NCBI RefSeq assembly: GCF_036321535.1
Contig: NC_087436.1
Coordinates: 12,524,001-12,588,000, forward strand
Origin: Camelus dromedarius
Taxonomy: Eukaryota
DNA length: 64,000 bases
Direction: 5' to 3'
Positions within the stretch are counted from its first letter, which is position 1; each line of letters starts with the position of its first letter. Under the pieces are notes generated by a model that had not been told where the DNA came from, searched no databases, and saw only the letters and a list, made by a program, of their open reading frames with translations. Below, piece after piece: positions 28,811-40,492 of this stretch. The translations under genes and the position numbers were made by a program.

Positions 28811-29594
28811 ATTATTATCTTTACACTAAATATTTAACTTTCATAGAAAGGTTCTTCCTACTTCTTTCTGAAGAGTTTTCTCTCATTTTTATGGCTCCTT
28901 TCCTTCCACCCACCACTAAACCTCAATCTCTCTTTATTTGTTTTATTCAAAAATGTTTATTGGCACTCAAAATGTGTGAGAACTGTGCAATATCTTTCTC
29001 CTAAGTTTCAGTTCATGCTTCTCTCCTGCATTCCATTCTCATTTTGTCTTGCACCTCCAAGAAGGAGAATATCCAATTCTCACACCCGGATATGGCATCT
29101 CTCTCTTACCAATGCCACATCCCCCACTTGCCTCCAAATGTTTCCATCTGGATGGTAGCAAGGGCTACAATTTTGGAGCTTTTATCAAGCAAAAATTAGC
29201 TCCTTTCATCCTTAAAACTACTCTGGAGTAATTATTACTCACTCTTTTAACGGAGGGTCAGAGAAGTTAATAACTTAATTGAAAGTCACATCATTTACAA
29301 TAGAGTTGAACTGGGAGTAGAACAAAATTCGCATCTCCAAGCCTACACTTTTTACACCACATTAGACTGTCTCAAAGGCATGAAAAACCACCACATTAGA
29401 AGTTGAGCTTACCATCCCTGCCACCAACTTCTCCACTGACATAATACCATCACCATTTTTCTTTAGTTACTTTGCATTAATTCTTTTTGACTTGCACTAC
29501 ATGTTTCATCATATATTAAATACTGAAGAATTTTGACCTGCAATGCCTCCTAGATTCAGTGTTCCCCAGCCATCACCAATCTGGGACAAGCTTT

Positions 29595-30101
29595 TGTTAC
29601 TGAGTCCAAACTCATTCTGCTCTCTGCATGACAGGCCATTAGATCAGGAGATGATGTGTTGGGGCAAGGAATAATGACCTTATTTGGAAATAAGCAGACG
29701 GAGAAGATGGGGGTCTAATGTCCTAGAGAACCATCTTACCCAAGTTAGAATTTAGGCTCTTTTTATGCTAAAAAGGGGAGGGGGTGTGGTTGGTTGTTGC
29801 AAACTTCTTGGTGTCAGAATCCTTTTTTCTTGCAGCTGTCCACAAATAACAAGACAAAACCTCCAACGAGACAAATGTTATTCTGTCTTCTGCAACTTTT
29901 TATCTGTATATGAATGGAAAAGTGTTACACCCTTAAAGGTCAGAGCCTTGAGAATGGGCTCTCCTGTGTATTTCAGACTATAGGCAACATTCTTTTTCAA
30001 AAGGTGCAGAACCAGCAGGACTAAGCACAGGAAACAGAGCACAGGGTTAGAGCTAAAGGAGCAGATCTCATACGGAATCAGATCTGTTCTTCCTGACTAC
30101 A
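29595..30101 (-). mobile_element. ERV1-type solo LTR
   Basis: TG...CA ends (tgttactgagtccaaactc...tcttcctgactaca), with an antisense polyA-like ccttatttgg and TATA-like ttttatgc. Confidence 0.8.
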
Positions 30102-32279
30102 TTTCCATCACTTATGATATGGGTTCTGAAAGCAATGTCTGAACAGCTCCTTCTACCTCCAGTCTTCATGTGGCAAACCATGCTTCACGAGGCTATTCTC
30201 ATTTTAAATGTGCCTCAAGAATATATAGTACCCACCTTCCTATTTCATCAAAGTCGATTAGTCAGTAGAATTAAATAATAGTAAAATAATTTTGATTGCA
30301 AACATTTTTATAAATTTCTTTTTATCTTCAAATGATTGATCAGATGGAGTAGAGAATTAAGTTTCAGAATCCTAGCTGGTGAGACCCCTGGAACATAAAA
30401 AATACAGAAAGGTGGTTTTAGGATCTTGGGGTTGAAATTTGAACTTTTGCGATTTTTCTTATATAAATTAAAATGTTACTGATCCTGATGGTTCAACCCT
30501 AGCCTTCGTGTCCTAGAAGAAATGTGCTCATAAAAGCATTTTAACTTTCTGAATCTTTGGAACATAGACGCCACTATGCTCCTATTGAAATGCTATTTTC
30601 CAACTAATATTTTCAAGATGTTTTGAGAGCAGGAACCGTAAGTTTTAATTTTTGGTATTTATATACTCCATAGGTCTTTGACATAGTAGGACCTCAATAA
30701 ATGTTTTTGACTGAAATTTACAAATAGAGAGAGAGGCAAATGTGCATGTCATTTACTGTTTTTTTCATTTGGGGAAGTTGCAGATGTAGTTAGAGAGGTC
30801 TGTTTAAATAGAGATAATAATCATTACAATGGTCTTTATATTGAACCAAAACTCCCTATAAACTCCGTTTGTTGATCTAATTCTGCCCACGTTGTGAATT
30901 AAAGCAAAAAAAATCAATGCAACTATTTTACCTTTTATTGAGGGTTGTCCATGTTCTAGGGGAAGGCTTTACATGTTATTTTATTAAATCATTGCATCTC
31001 ATAATAATTCCTAGTTACAATGGGCATGTTGAGCATCCAAAGGCAGTAACGTGGCCAGGACTGCGCAGCCGCTTGGTGCTGGATATGAACACCTGGAAGT
31101 CTGAGTCTGGCACTGGTGCCCCTGCTCCTCACTCTACGGTGGGTCTCCTCTTCCTGATTAAAGCCCAGCAAATAGTTGAAATGGCGATCCTCCCTGCCCC
31201 CAGCTGTTCCAGGACCTCTTCGCTTCACAGTTCCCACCACTTCTCACCATTTTTAGCGTACACTGTGGTTCCTTTCATCTTTTACCAGATATTAATCGTT
31301 CTCTCCTCCTTATCTGACAATCTGTCCGTGTCTGCTTAAACAGATCTCCGCTGTAAAGGATTTTGAACTAAGTGCACTTGACCATGTACACTGCTGAATA
31401 GTCAAACAGTGAATCCATTCATAGATCAGGCCTCCAATCCATAGGTGTTTAGTCTTTAGAATTCTCTTTACTTGGTAGTTTTCTTAAAGGTCCCACATCC
31501 CTATTGCTTGCTTTCCATCTCCAGCTTTCTCCCGGGTGACAAAAGCACCAGACTAAACAGAGCAAGAGCCTGGGCCCTCCCCCCTGTCATTTCCATTATC
31601 ACGCCAACTCTTCAGTGTCTCCTACTCTAGGTAAACCTATGGCCAAAAACGAAAAATCATTTTTTAATAATAAGAATATAACATTAGAAATCAGTCTTTG
31701 GAAATCCCTCTTCTTCCTTTATTTTAGTACCTAATACAGCAGTGCTGGTGCCTTTTTTGCTTCTTCTGACAACTGCAGAACCACTTCTCACCCCCCGAGC
31801 AGAGTGTGGGACTGTGACCGCAGCACCACGCACGGCTCCCCCAGGACATCGTGTGCCAGTTAGTCATTACCTGCTTGAAAGGTACAAAGCATCCTTTCCG
31901 CCTTTCACACATTATTCGGTGTGTCAAGTGTACAAAATCCAAAGAGTAATTTCATTAATAGAGGGGAGGCGGAGAACACACTATGACAAAAATCCCTGTT
32001 GAATAAATTCTAACTTCTTCCTAAATACTTGCCATTATCCTGGCTCTCATACATTTAATCCCCCTACTTCTGTCTTAAAATTAAAATGAAGTTTCGTTCA
32101 TGAAAAGTCCCAGGCAGAATATTGTAATGGTTTAAATACTGCAGTGTCTCATTTTATCCCATAACCTTTTACATTTGAATAGATCTTTACAGATCATAAA
32201 GCACTTTTAGATTCATGTTATAGACTCTAAGAGCTAAGAAGGGGATCTTAAAATTACTTACATCAATCCCATAATTTCT

Positions 32280-32430
32280 TTTGATTCTCACAGCCATCCT
32301 ATGAAGTTTTTGTGCAAGTATTGTCCCATTTTATGGCTGAGATTGAGCTCAGAGATTTTTACACACTTTTCTAGATCTCAGAGTTAAGAAGCAGGACCAG
32401 ACCTCCAAATCCCAGCTCAGTGCTTCTTCT
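32280..32430. mobile_element. MIR SINE fragment
   Basis: ttgattctcacagccatcctatgaag...tgtcccattttatggctgagattgagctcagaga. Confidence 0.6.
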
Positions 32431-32767
32431 AAATTAGCATGCTGTCACCCTGCTAATTGTTGCCTGCTAAGGAATTTATTGTTCAGCTCAATGTATTTGC
32501 TAGAAAACCAAAGCTTTGTCCCATTGAGTGGCTAGATATTGGTCATCATTGTAAATATTCATTATTTTTTCTTAAACATTACACGTGTATATGCCTGCAG
32601 GAAATAACTTTGTGCTCTCCTTTAAAGCAAGGCTTTGTTTTATCTTGTTCCAGAATCCAACAGCAAATGATTATAGGAATATGGCAAGAAAATATGATGG
32701 AAAGTGTTGAGACTGAAAATTAACATTTTTATTTTAGTGTTGAAAAGGTTTGGATTAAAGACTCTCC

Positions 32768-33062
32768 TTTGGGTGCAGGGGGTCAAAAAGTATAAACTCC
32801 ACATAAAATAAATAGGTTCTGGTGATGTAAGGTATAGCATGGTGACTACAGTTAATAATACTGTATACCATATTTGAAAGTTGTTAAGAAATAGATCTTA
32901 AAAGTCCTCATCGCAAGAAAAAAAATGATAACTGAGTGGTGACAGATGTTGACTAGACTTATTATGGTGATAATTTCACAGTATATGTAGATATCGAACC
33001 ATTGTGTTGTACACCTGAAACTAATAAAAAGTTTTATGTCAATTATACCGCAATAAAAATTT
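32768..33062 (+). mobile_element. L1MA-type 3' end
   Basis: ggtcaaaagtataaact...gatgtaaggtatagcatggtgactacagttaataatactgtat...gttgtacacctgaaactaat...aataaaaat. Confidence 0.88.
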
Positions 33063-34030
33063 TTAATAATATCTTAAGCACTAAAGAAAAAGACTCTCGT
33101 TTAGGATTGTGACGTAAAATCATAAAATCAAATGACATTTCAAGTCTATGTTGTGCTGAACACCTACTCTGACTCACTGAATGCTACCCTGCAGGAAAAG
33201 CACCGTCTGGCTAAGAGGAGGGGCCGAGGGCCACGGGAAGCAGCTGATTAACATGGAGGGGCTTGGCATCCGGGGTGACACAGGGTGAATCCTACCATCT
33301 GTGGCCTTCACCTCCCTGTGCCTCAGTTTCCTTATCTGTAAGTTGGTGATAATACCCACTTCACATAATTTCTGCCATTCTCTCCATTTGCCACAGCTCA
33401 TTCTCTGTACGTCTCTGTCCCACTCATTCTCTGCTGACCCGCAGAGGCTGCATCACCCAGGCTCCTGAGCTGTTTTCTGGCCTACTGGAAGCAGTGTCAG
33501 GAGAGGGGAAGGAAGGAGGAACAAGAATTTGGGGAAGTTTTCCTCCTCCTCCCTCCCTTTGCAGGGACCTTCCCTGACTGCAGCTCAGTCTGAACATCCC
33601 CTCCTCGAGCTCTGGGTCACCCAGGAACACTGTTCCTCCCAGGCCTCTTGATGTCAAGGCTGAGGGCTTTCTACGCAGCCAGTTTCAGGACGCACCACAT
33701 CCACCCTTCTTGCTTCCCTTTACCCTGCCTGCCGCTCTCTAAATTGTGCCTTCATAAAAAAACTCTTTCAAAAATCCTACTTATGTGTGCCATCTGTTTC
33801 CTGTTGCGACCTGGGTTGATTACACTGATCAGTAAATACTGGTCATTATTACCATGAGTCCTAAATTCTCACACCTTTTGTAGACACTCTATATTGGGAA
33901 AGCATGGTCATAAATGAAGAGCAGAGACATCATGGAAGGTCCCCACGGAAAACAGGCATTGAGGATGAGGGTGATCCAACAGCGAGAGCAGTCTCCCTGC
34001 TGATTGCCAGGGTTGATTCGCCTGATCTGA

Positions 34031-34031
<1 letters not shown>

Positions 34032-34066
<35 letters not shown>
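34032..34066 (+). repeat. (TG)n microsatellite followed by a (GTTTTT)n tract to ~34131
   Basis: Directly visible. Confidence 0.95.
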
Positions 34067-34068
<2 letters not shown>

Positions 34069-35049
34069 TAGGGTATATGTTGTTTTGTTGGTGGTGGTTT
34101 GTTTTTGTTTCTGTTTTTGTTTTTGTTTTTTACCAGAGGAAGTAGTTTGGAAATAAGACCAAGAAAAGCTAGCCCAAGCGAGCTCTTTTATGTGCCCACT
34201 CTCCACCGCGCACTCGCCCTCCCATTGCAACCCCAGTGCCTGCCACCAGGCACTCCAGTGATGGGCTTCAAGGGAGGGAAGCAGCGACACACAGAAACAC
34301 TCCCGGGGATGGCGTCTGTGGGGGAGGCTGGAGGGTTTTCTGCAGTTAGAGAAGTCTGCCCCTCACTCTGGGCGCTCTGTCTACTTCAGTGTCGGGGGGC
34401 GGCTCTCACTCTCTCACCCCCGTGGTGCCTGCCTCTTAAGGCTTCCTCTCCTCATTCCCTGACCTCCTTTCTCCTTCTTGCTGACTCTACTCTGCCGTGA
34501 GGATCCCAGGTAGGTTCACCCAGTGCCACCTGGAGCCATCAATCTTTCAGTCAAGCAAATGATTTTCCCAGAGTCACATGATACAAAACGTACATAAAAT
34601 CACATACATCTCCCTTGCTTTTCTATGTAGTAAACTTTTTCATTTGTTAAAAAAAATTCATTAAGGGACTGCTATGAGTCAGCCCTGTGCCCAGCTCTGA
34701 GGACACGCAGCCTGTGAGGACAAGGCACCTGAGCTCAGAGCCCTCAGAGTTTAGAGGTAAAATAAACTAGTCAGACCGCCAGGCTGACCCAGATGCAGAG
34801 GTCGGCAGAACTGTCACCGGATGAGGTTTAAGGCAGTTTTTTACTTTGGAACCACTAGATCAGCAAACAAGTAGTGCAAAAGCCATGTGCTACCTGGGAC
34901 ACCGAGCGTGGCCATGAGTCCCCAGTGCCTCGGGGGGAGGTGCTCCCGACACTGACTGTCACCCAGCACCTTCAGACCGGGGGCTCTGGCAAGCTGACTG
35001 CCCTGCTTTTTGCCTGTAGTCCTCGGCTCCCACCCCGAACTCCCTGTTA

Positions 35050-35545
35050 CATTCTACCCTGCGATGTGGGGCTTGGGTCTACCAACGGCATTACTCAGAC
35101 TCCCTGGACAGCTGGTTTCATTGGAGGGCAAGACTGGGAAGAAGGAATGCGCTGTCTGCTTTCCAGTTCCTGTTAACCTCATGCCAGCAAAAGAAGCCAG
35201 ACCCAGCTTCTTTCACATCCTCAGTCCCCATCCCTAGGGAATCCCCCACCCTTAGTCGTCTGAGTACCTTCTATGCAGTGCTGTCCGAGCTTGTGGCTTC
35301 TCTTACCCCTTGTGTCGCCAGGCATAGCGGTTGTAGCCACATTTGCATTTGTTAGTTTCTAAGTTACTTCAGCCCTAAGAGTGGTAGCTGCTTCCTGCTT
35401 TCACTAAAGATGCTGGATTGCCTCAATGTCTTTTATTGCTCCTTCAGCCTTTCAACATCAGTGTAATCCATTCTCTGTGTGGCAACCCCTCTGTTTTGGA
35501 ACACCCATCATGCTTTCTGTTTTTCTGACTCTCCTCTGATAAGCA
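35050..35545. mobile_element. Old ERVL-type LTR remnant
   Basis: ttcagccctaagagtggtagctgcttcctgc...ggattgcctcaatgtc...ttcagcctttcaacatc...gctttctgtttttctgact. Confidence 0.5.
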
Positions 35546-35820
35546 CGCTATCTTTTATACCATGAGACTGGAGGGGGAGCCAGTCATCATTCACAGGCGT
35601 GCCTGCTCCCATGGGAGGCTGTTCTTGCTGGGCCACAATCAGGGATCTCTGCATTTTATTTCTCACTTTGTCTCTGGACCAAAATGAAGTGTCATCATGG
35701 CCCATTCAAGGGAGACTGGCATATAAGTGATAATTGCAGCAATGATGGTAAACGGCAATGATGAATGTGTTCCTAGAGCAAAAACTGTGAAAAAGAGACA
35801 GGAGACCGATGAGGCCCACA

Positions 35821-35989
35821 CAGTTTTCTCCACATGTGGAGGAGCTACTTGTATCAGAATCATCTGGGGAGCTTGCTAAAACTGCAGACCCTTAGGTCCT
35901 GATCCAGCCTCACCAAATCAGGACTAGGAGGGTTTTAGCAAGCTCCAAGAAGGGTTTCTTATGCACACGAAAAGTTGAGAACCACTGGA
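35821..35989. mobile_element. MER5-like hAT-Charlie element
   Basis: cagttttctcca...tcagaatcatctggggagcttgctaaaactgcaga...aagttgagaaccactg. Confidence 0.75.
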
Positions 35990-36009
35990 CCGGAGAGCAT
36001 GGAGGTACA

Positions 36010-36440
36010 AGACGAGGGGAGCCTTTTATGCAACAGGACAGAGTTTGAGCTTTCTAGTATGAGTAATGGAAAATCACCATTTTATGTATATCTCTCCGGC
36101 AGGGGTGAGATGGAGATGCAAAACCAGTAAAGTAACTGCCATGTTGGGCCAGGGGAAAAATGATGATGACATGAACAAAGACAGCAATAATGAGACTAGA
36201 ACAGAAGACATTTTCAAATAAATGTAGAGGGTAAAACCAGCAGGTCATGATGCAGAGTAAAAGGAGACAAATGGGTCAGAGACAACGACCCAGATTTATC
36301 CTGGGAGAATAAGGATGCCTTATTTTTTATTTGGGACACAGAGTATGAAACGCCTGGAAGGTTTCCAGGTGTGGGCGACCAGCAGGTGGTTGAGTTAAAA
36401 CTGAAGCATCAGGAAGATCCAGATGTCCTCCAGAATGCAG
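36010..36440. mobile_element. L2 LINE fragment, probably resuming after the MLT1 LTR at ~36960-37150
   Basis: Degenerate L2-like sequence: gagtttgagctttc...atggaaaatcacc...ggagatgcaaaaccagtaaag...gtagagggtaaaaccagcagg. Confidence 0.45.
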
Positions 36441-36444
36441 AACT

Positions 36445-36560
36445 TAGTCAGTGCCCCCATACTGTATACTTAAGTGTATCTTCCAAAATTCATACGCTGA
36501 AGTAGTCAGTGCCCCTATACTGTATACTTAATTGTATCTTCCAAAATTCATATGCTGAAG
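36445..36560 (+). repeat. 58-bp tandem duplication, 2 copies
   Basis: tagtcagtgcccc(c/t)atactgtatacttaa(g/t)tgtatcttccaaaattcata(c/t)gctgaag at 36445-36502 and 36503-36560. Confidence 0.95.
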
Positions 36561-36893
36561 CCCTAACTCCTAATGTGGCTGTATTTGGAGACAGAGCCTA
36601 TAAGGAGATATTTAAGGTTAAATGAGGTTATAAAGATGGGCCCTGATATGATAGGATTGGGGTCCTTATAAGAAGAGACACCAGAAAGGTCTCTCTCTCT
36701 CTCTCTACCTGTGAGGACACTGCAAGAAAGTGGATACCTGCAAACCAGGGAGAAAGCTCTCATCAGGAACCGAAGTGGCCAGCACCTAGCTCTTGGGTTT
36801 TCCAGCTTCCAGAACTGTGAGAAATACATTTCTGTTTTTTAAGCCATTCTGGTTTTTATGATGTTTTGATGGCAGCCTGGGCAAACTAACACA
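36521..36893 (+). mobile_element. MaLR solo LTR (MLT1A-like)
   Basis: ccaaaattcatatgctgaagccctaactcctaatgtggctgtatttggagacag...ccagcttccagaactgtgagaaatacatttctg...gcagcctgggcaaactaacaca. Confidence 0.9.
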
Positions 36894-37870
36894 GCTCACT
36901 TCTCTTCTCACTCCAGCTACACTCCTGGGACATCCCACTTATATGCTCCCTGTACCTAAAGGTGCAGGTAGCTGAAGATAATGGTACCCAAAGGTGTAGG
37001 CAGCCTACAGTGAGATGTTCCAGGGAGGACAGGTAGGATGAGAAGAGAGGTGGGTCAATGACTAAATCCCAGAGAACACCGAACGTGAGGAATGGACAGA
37101 GGAAGAGAATGAAGTGATGGGGCCATGAGTAGAATAAAGGGGTGTGGTTAACAGTGACCAAGCCCAGGGCTGATGAGGCAGGGCTAGAAAGAACCAACTA
37201 CCTACTCCACTAGGTCCAGTTGTGTAAGTTGTCCTCTGCACAACACTAGGGCTGAGTGTCACCTCTGCAGTTAGGTAGAGCAGAACCCCCACAACCTGGA
37301 TATGGCGATCCTGAGGCAGACACCATGGCCTTAAAGGAAACAGTTTCAGTCAACAGGCGGGAGCTGCTGTCGGGGAGCTGTGAGTTGAAAAGTAAATGGA
37401 TGTTTAGAGACTATAAAATAAACTTCTAAAAATGCGGAGCAGAAGGAAAGGAGATTAGGTGGTAGTTAGAGAGAGAAACAGAGTCAGAGTTAATCTGGAT
37501 GGGAGACACTCAGGATTACATAGGCTAGAAGACATGCTAAAGGTAACAGCAACAGAAACATATTAATAATATGTTCAAGATGAGTTCAACCATCATGCTG
37601 AAAACAATTCTTATAAATAAGTCCATCCTGCCTGAGGAGCCATCTCCTTAGGACAGTTTCATCATCGGAGAGACAGAGAGGGAGAGAACTTCCTGCTTCA
37701 GTGAGTTCTATCATATGCTGCCTTAATGACAAAAAAAAAGCAATAAATGCTGCAATTTTGCTCTGCTATATAGAATTTGCATAGCAGTTAATGTATACAT
37801 ATAGCTATCATAAAATTGTAATGGATGAGTTTTTCCCCTAATCTACACTTTTTAGGGAAAAAGAAGACAT

Positions 37871-38342
37871 ATGACAACAAAACAAGCTCTAGTGAGATTT
37901 AGACATAATGTTAAATAGTAGTTATGGCCAATATTAGCCAGATAGTCAAAAAGCCAGGACCTTTGATCTCTAAAAGGCTATAAATTGAAATTTAGATGAT
38001 CAATCCTGAGGCATTCCAAAATCACCAGACAGAGGTTTTTGTTCTAAGAAAATAAGCAAGGCTGGAACTGCAGAAAAAATCACTGACTGTATTACCATGT
38101 AACTTCCACTCCCTCTGTGGCCTTCAGCTACCCTCCGTCATTTATTTGCTGTTAATACTCCCGTGAAAACTATATGGCAATAATTCTCACTCCTACACTC
38201 CCCAGCATCTATAGAAACATGGTTAGATGTGGGAAAACAGCAGAGTCTTCTTCTGGGTGAGCACAGAGTTTCTGTAGTTTAGAAACTGGAGTTGGTCCCT
38301 CCGTTTTACGTTGATGGGAAGAAGACAGGAAGAGCTCCTTGA
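37871..38342 (+). pseudogene. EBLM: Endogenous bornavirus-like matrix protein (M) element, apparently full length, broken by stops and about 2 frameshifts
   Basis: Manual translation gives three segments. 37871: MTTKQALVRFRHNVK**LWPIL, vs recalled BoDV-1 M MNSKHSYVELKDKVIVPGWPTL (M1, K4, V8, V14, W19-P20, L22 in register). 37978: L*IEI, vs LMLEI. 38061-38342 in one frame: AGTAEKITDCITM*...LRHLFAVNTPVKTIWQ*FSLLHSPASIETWLDVGKQQSLLLGEHRVSVV*KLELV...RAP*, vs EKKLTDYFTI...VNIYFQIDD...LSVYKDP...MFLRLNKDQS. Length ~155 codons, close to M size. Confidence 0.8.
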
Positions 38343-39491
38343 ACTACATCCTCAACCTCAGACAGTAGTCTCCAGAGGACCACTTGCAAGATTTGAACTT
38401 GATAGCAGTGGCTATAATGGACTTTCAAATACTTCAGCGAGGACTCTGTGACAATATATATCCAGCAGTTAGTTAATGCTTGCAGCTTAAGTCTAGTGAC
38501 AGTTGCCCTAGTCAAACATGCACAGTCCATTGTGGTCAACTAACATTGTATCAGACTCTAGAAGTTACTATCGTAAATACTTCTTTCATCCTATGTTAAC
38601 CAGCTGTTGACATTCTGGCAATTACCATACTGAGTATCAGACATAGCTCTTTGCACTGAAAGTCACGGCTTTAGTATTAAGTATGTAAATCTTACAAATT
38701 GACTCTTACTGGCGAAACAATCAAACAGATTCATGACACATGGGTTGACGGAAATATCTGAGATATGGTCTCCATCCTCGGATGAAGAAGTTATAAGAAT
38801 CTACCAAAATCTCTGTCTTTCACCTAATCTGATTCCCTTAATCTGTCCTTTTCCTAGTCGTTGATAATGGGAGGATTTCTGAATGTCTGATGCTGACTGT
38901 AAGAATAAAAGAACCCCACTTCTGTAATGCTGCTGTGTCTGTTTCAAGCGAAACTTTCATTCAAGGTGTGGTCAGAGCACCTACATGAGTAAAGAGTTGG
39001 GACTTAATGGACTTTACTGAGACTGTAAAAGAAGTTGTAGGAAATACTGAAGACATCACATGCTAATAAACTTTAGTTTAATACATGTCAGTGTATGAGG
39101 CATAAACCTTCTTTTATTATAATATAGTAAAGTGACTGACGCTAACCCTTACCACTTTAAATGTATTCGGCTGCTGCATTACATATTATGAAGAGTCTAA
39201 TTGTGATACATGACCAAATTGTTCTAGGTTAATTCTCCCAACTGTAGGGATGTCCTCCTTCTCCCTTGAGATACTGATCAGCTTGTGACTCACATTAAGT
39301 GTCCCGGGCTGTGGATATTTAAGGATTATGGTCTGGCATACCTAGTTCACAGAGAATATATGGTTATCCTACAGTGCTGGGAGGACACAAGAGGGAACCC
39401 AGAAGGTTCCACAATCTTTAGAGAGAACAACGAAAAGGCTATTTTAGGGAGAGACCTCAGCAAATTTCTCCTAGAAAGTTTTACTACTTTC
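38314..39491 (+). pseudogene. EBLL: Endogenous bornavirus-like L (RNA-dependent RNA polymerase) element, N-terminal ~390 codons only, decayed
   Basis: ATG at 38314. Collinear motifs vs recalled BoDV-1 L: DSSL/RGPLARFELD at 38361 (DQSLKNPLLGTEV); SRSYYRKYF at 38557 (SCDYYLLF); KYLRYGLHPRM at 38752 (VRYALTNPRV); FP*SVLFLVVD...ECLML...FIQGVV at 38833-38973 (FIQSLVIATID...SCLMT...VVQGAL); YHFKCIRLLHY/MKSLIVIHD at 39150-39214 ([22 protein letters not shown]); SSQRIYGYPTV at 39344 (SSVQKSWYFPEI, the Mononegavirales GHP-type motif); LGRDLSKFLLESF at 39444 (YGHTLLSIFRAEF). 38314-39066 is largely one frame with several stops. Confidence 0.8.
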
Positions 39492-40329
39492 AGAGAAGGC
39501 AGGCACCCAAAGAGGGGAGCATGAGAACCACTGGTGTGGACCCGAGGAAGCGATGGTGGCAGACATCGTTGATGAGTTACCCTGCCCCGACCAGGCCATG
39601 GGGAGGAGTGATCAATGTCCACACCAAGACCACCTGGCTCCAGAAACTTCCACTGAACACCCCCTATTCAACCATGTCCATTATAGAAATAAAAGTGCTC
39701 CTGAAACACAGTATAGTGCTGCCAACACCAATACTTATTAACTAAACACATAACACCTTTTTCCCAAGAAGCTTAAGGCCATTGAAACTGAAAGAGATGG
39801 AAATCCTCAAAATATTCATCATCAGTCTCCTCCTGGCTCCACTTCCCTCCCACCAGGACTTGACCATGAGTTCAGTCTTTAACCTGCTCCCTATGATGTC
39901 ACATAATCTGTCACGTCCTTCCTCCTCAGCCATTCCAGTTTCTACCCGAGGCCACACTCACCATCAGTTTTCTCTAGTTCCACTCCTAAGGCTGCCAAAC
40001 TTTGTTTACTGGGACCACTGAAAATGCAGCTTAATCTCATCTGGGTCCTTACTGATACTCAGCTCTCAGAGAATCTTATGGTTGGAAATATGTTAGGTGA
40101 TACCCAGTTCAATGTTCTCATTTAAAACAGAAGTCCCCTCTGCAATTTTCCTTAGAGATCCAATTTATGCCTAAATTCACTTATCAAGAGGTTAAGGATT
40201 TTCCCTGAAAAGAAATTCCTTTCAAGTTGTATAAAATGTATGCATAAACTGATAAAACTCAACATCACTAAATTTTCTATCAGGGGCCTCGGTTCTGTCT
40301 TCTGTCAAAAGCAAAATGAAAAACTGAAA

Positions 40330-40492
40330 ATAGATTTACCCCATGCTCCAGCAATCCCACCTCTGGAAATATATCTAGAGGAAACTCTGATTCAAAAAGA
40401 TACATGAACCCCAGTGTTCATAGCTGCACTATTTACAATAGCCAAGACATGGAAGCGACCTAAATGTCCATCGACAACTGACTGGATAGAAG
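40330..40492 (+). mobile_element. L1 ORF2 C-terminal fragment
   Basis: ccagcaatcccacctctggaaatatatctagag...gtgttcatagctgcactatttacaatagccaagacatggaagc...gactggataaagaag. Confidence 0.9.

Noticed and set aside
37500..37860. Possible viral G or P sequence upstream of M
   Set aside because: I found no recognisable motif by eye. A sensitive search is still worthwhile.
39285..39524. 79-aa ORF as a functional viral-derived protein
   Set aside because: It has a non-ATG start, and only part is in the L frame; the QRIYGYP motif is in another frame.
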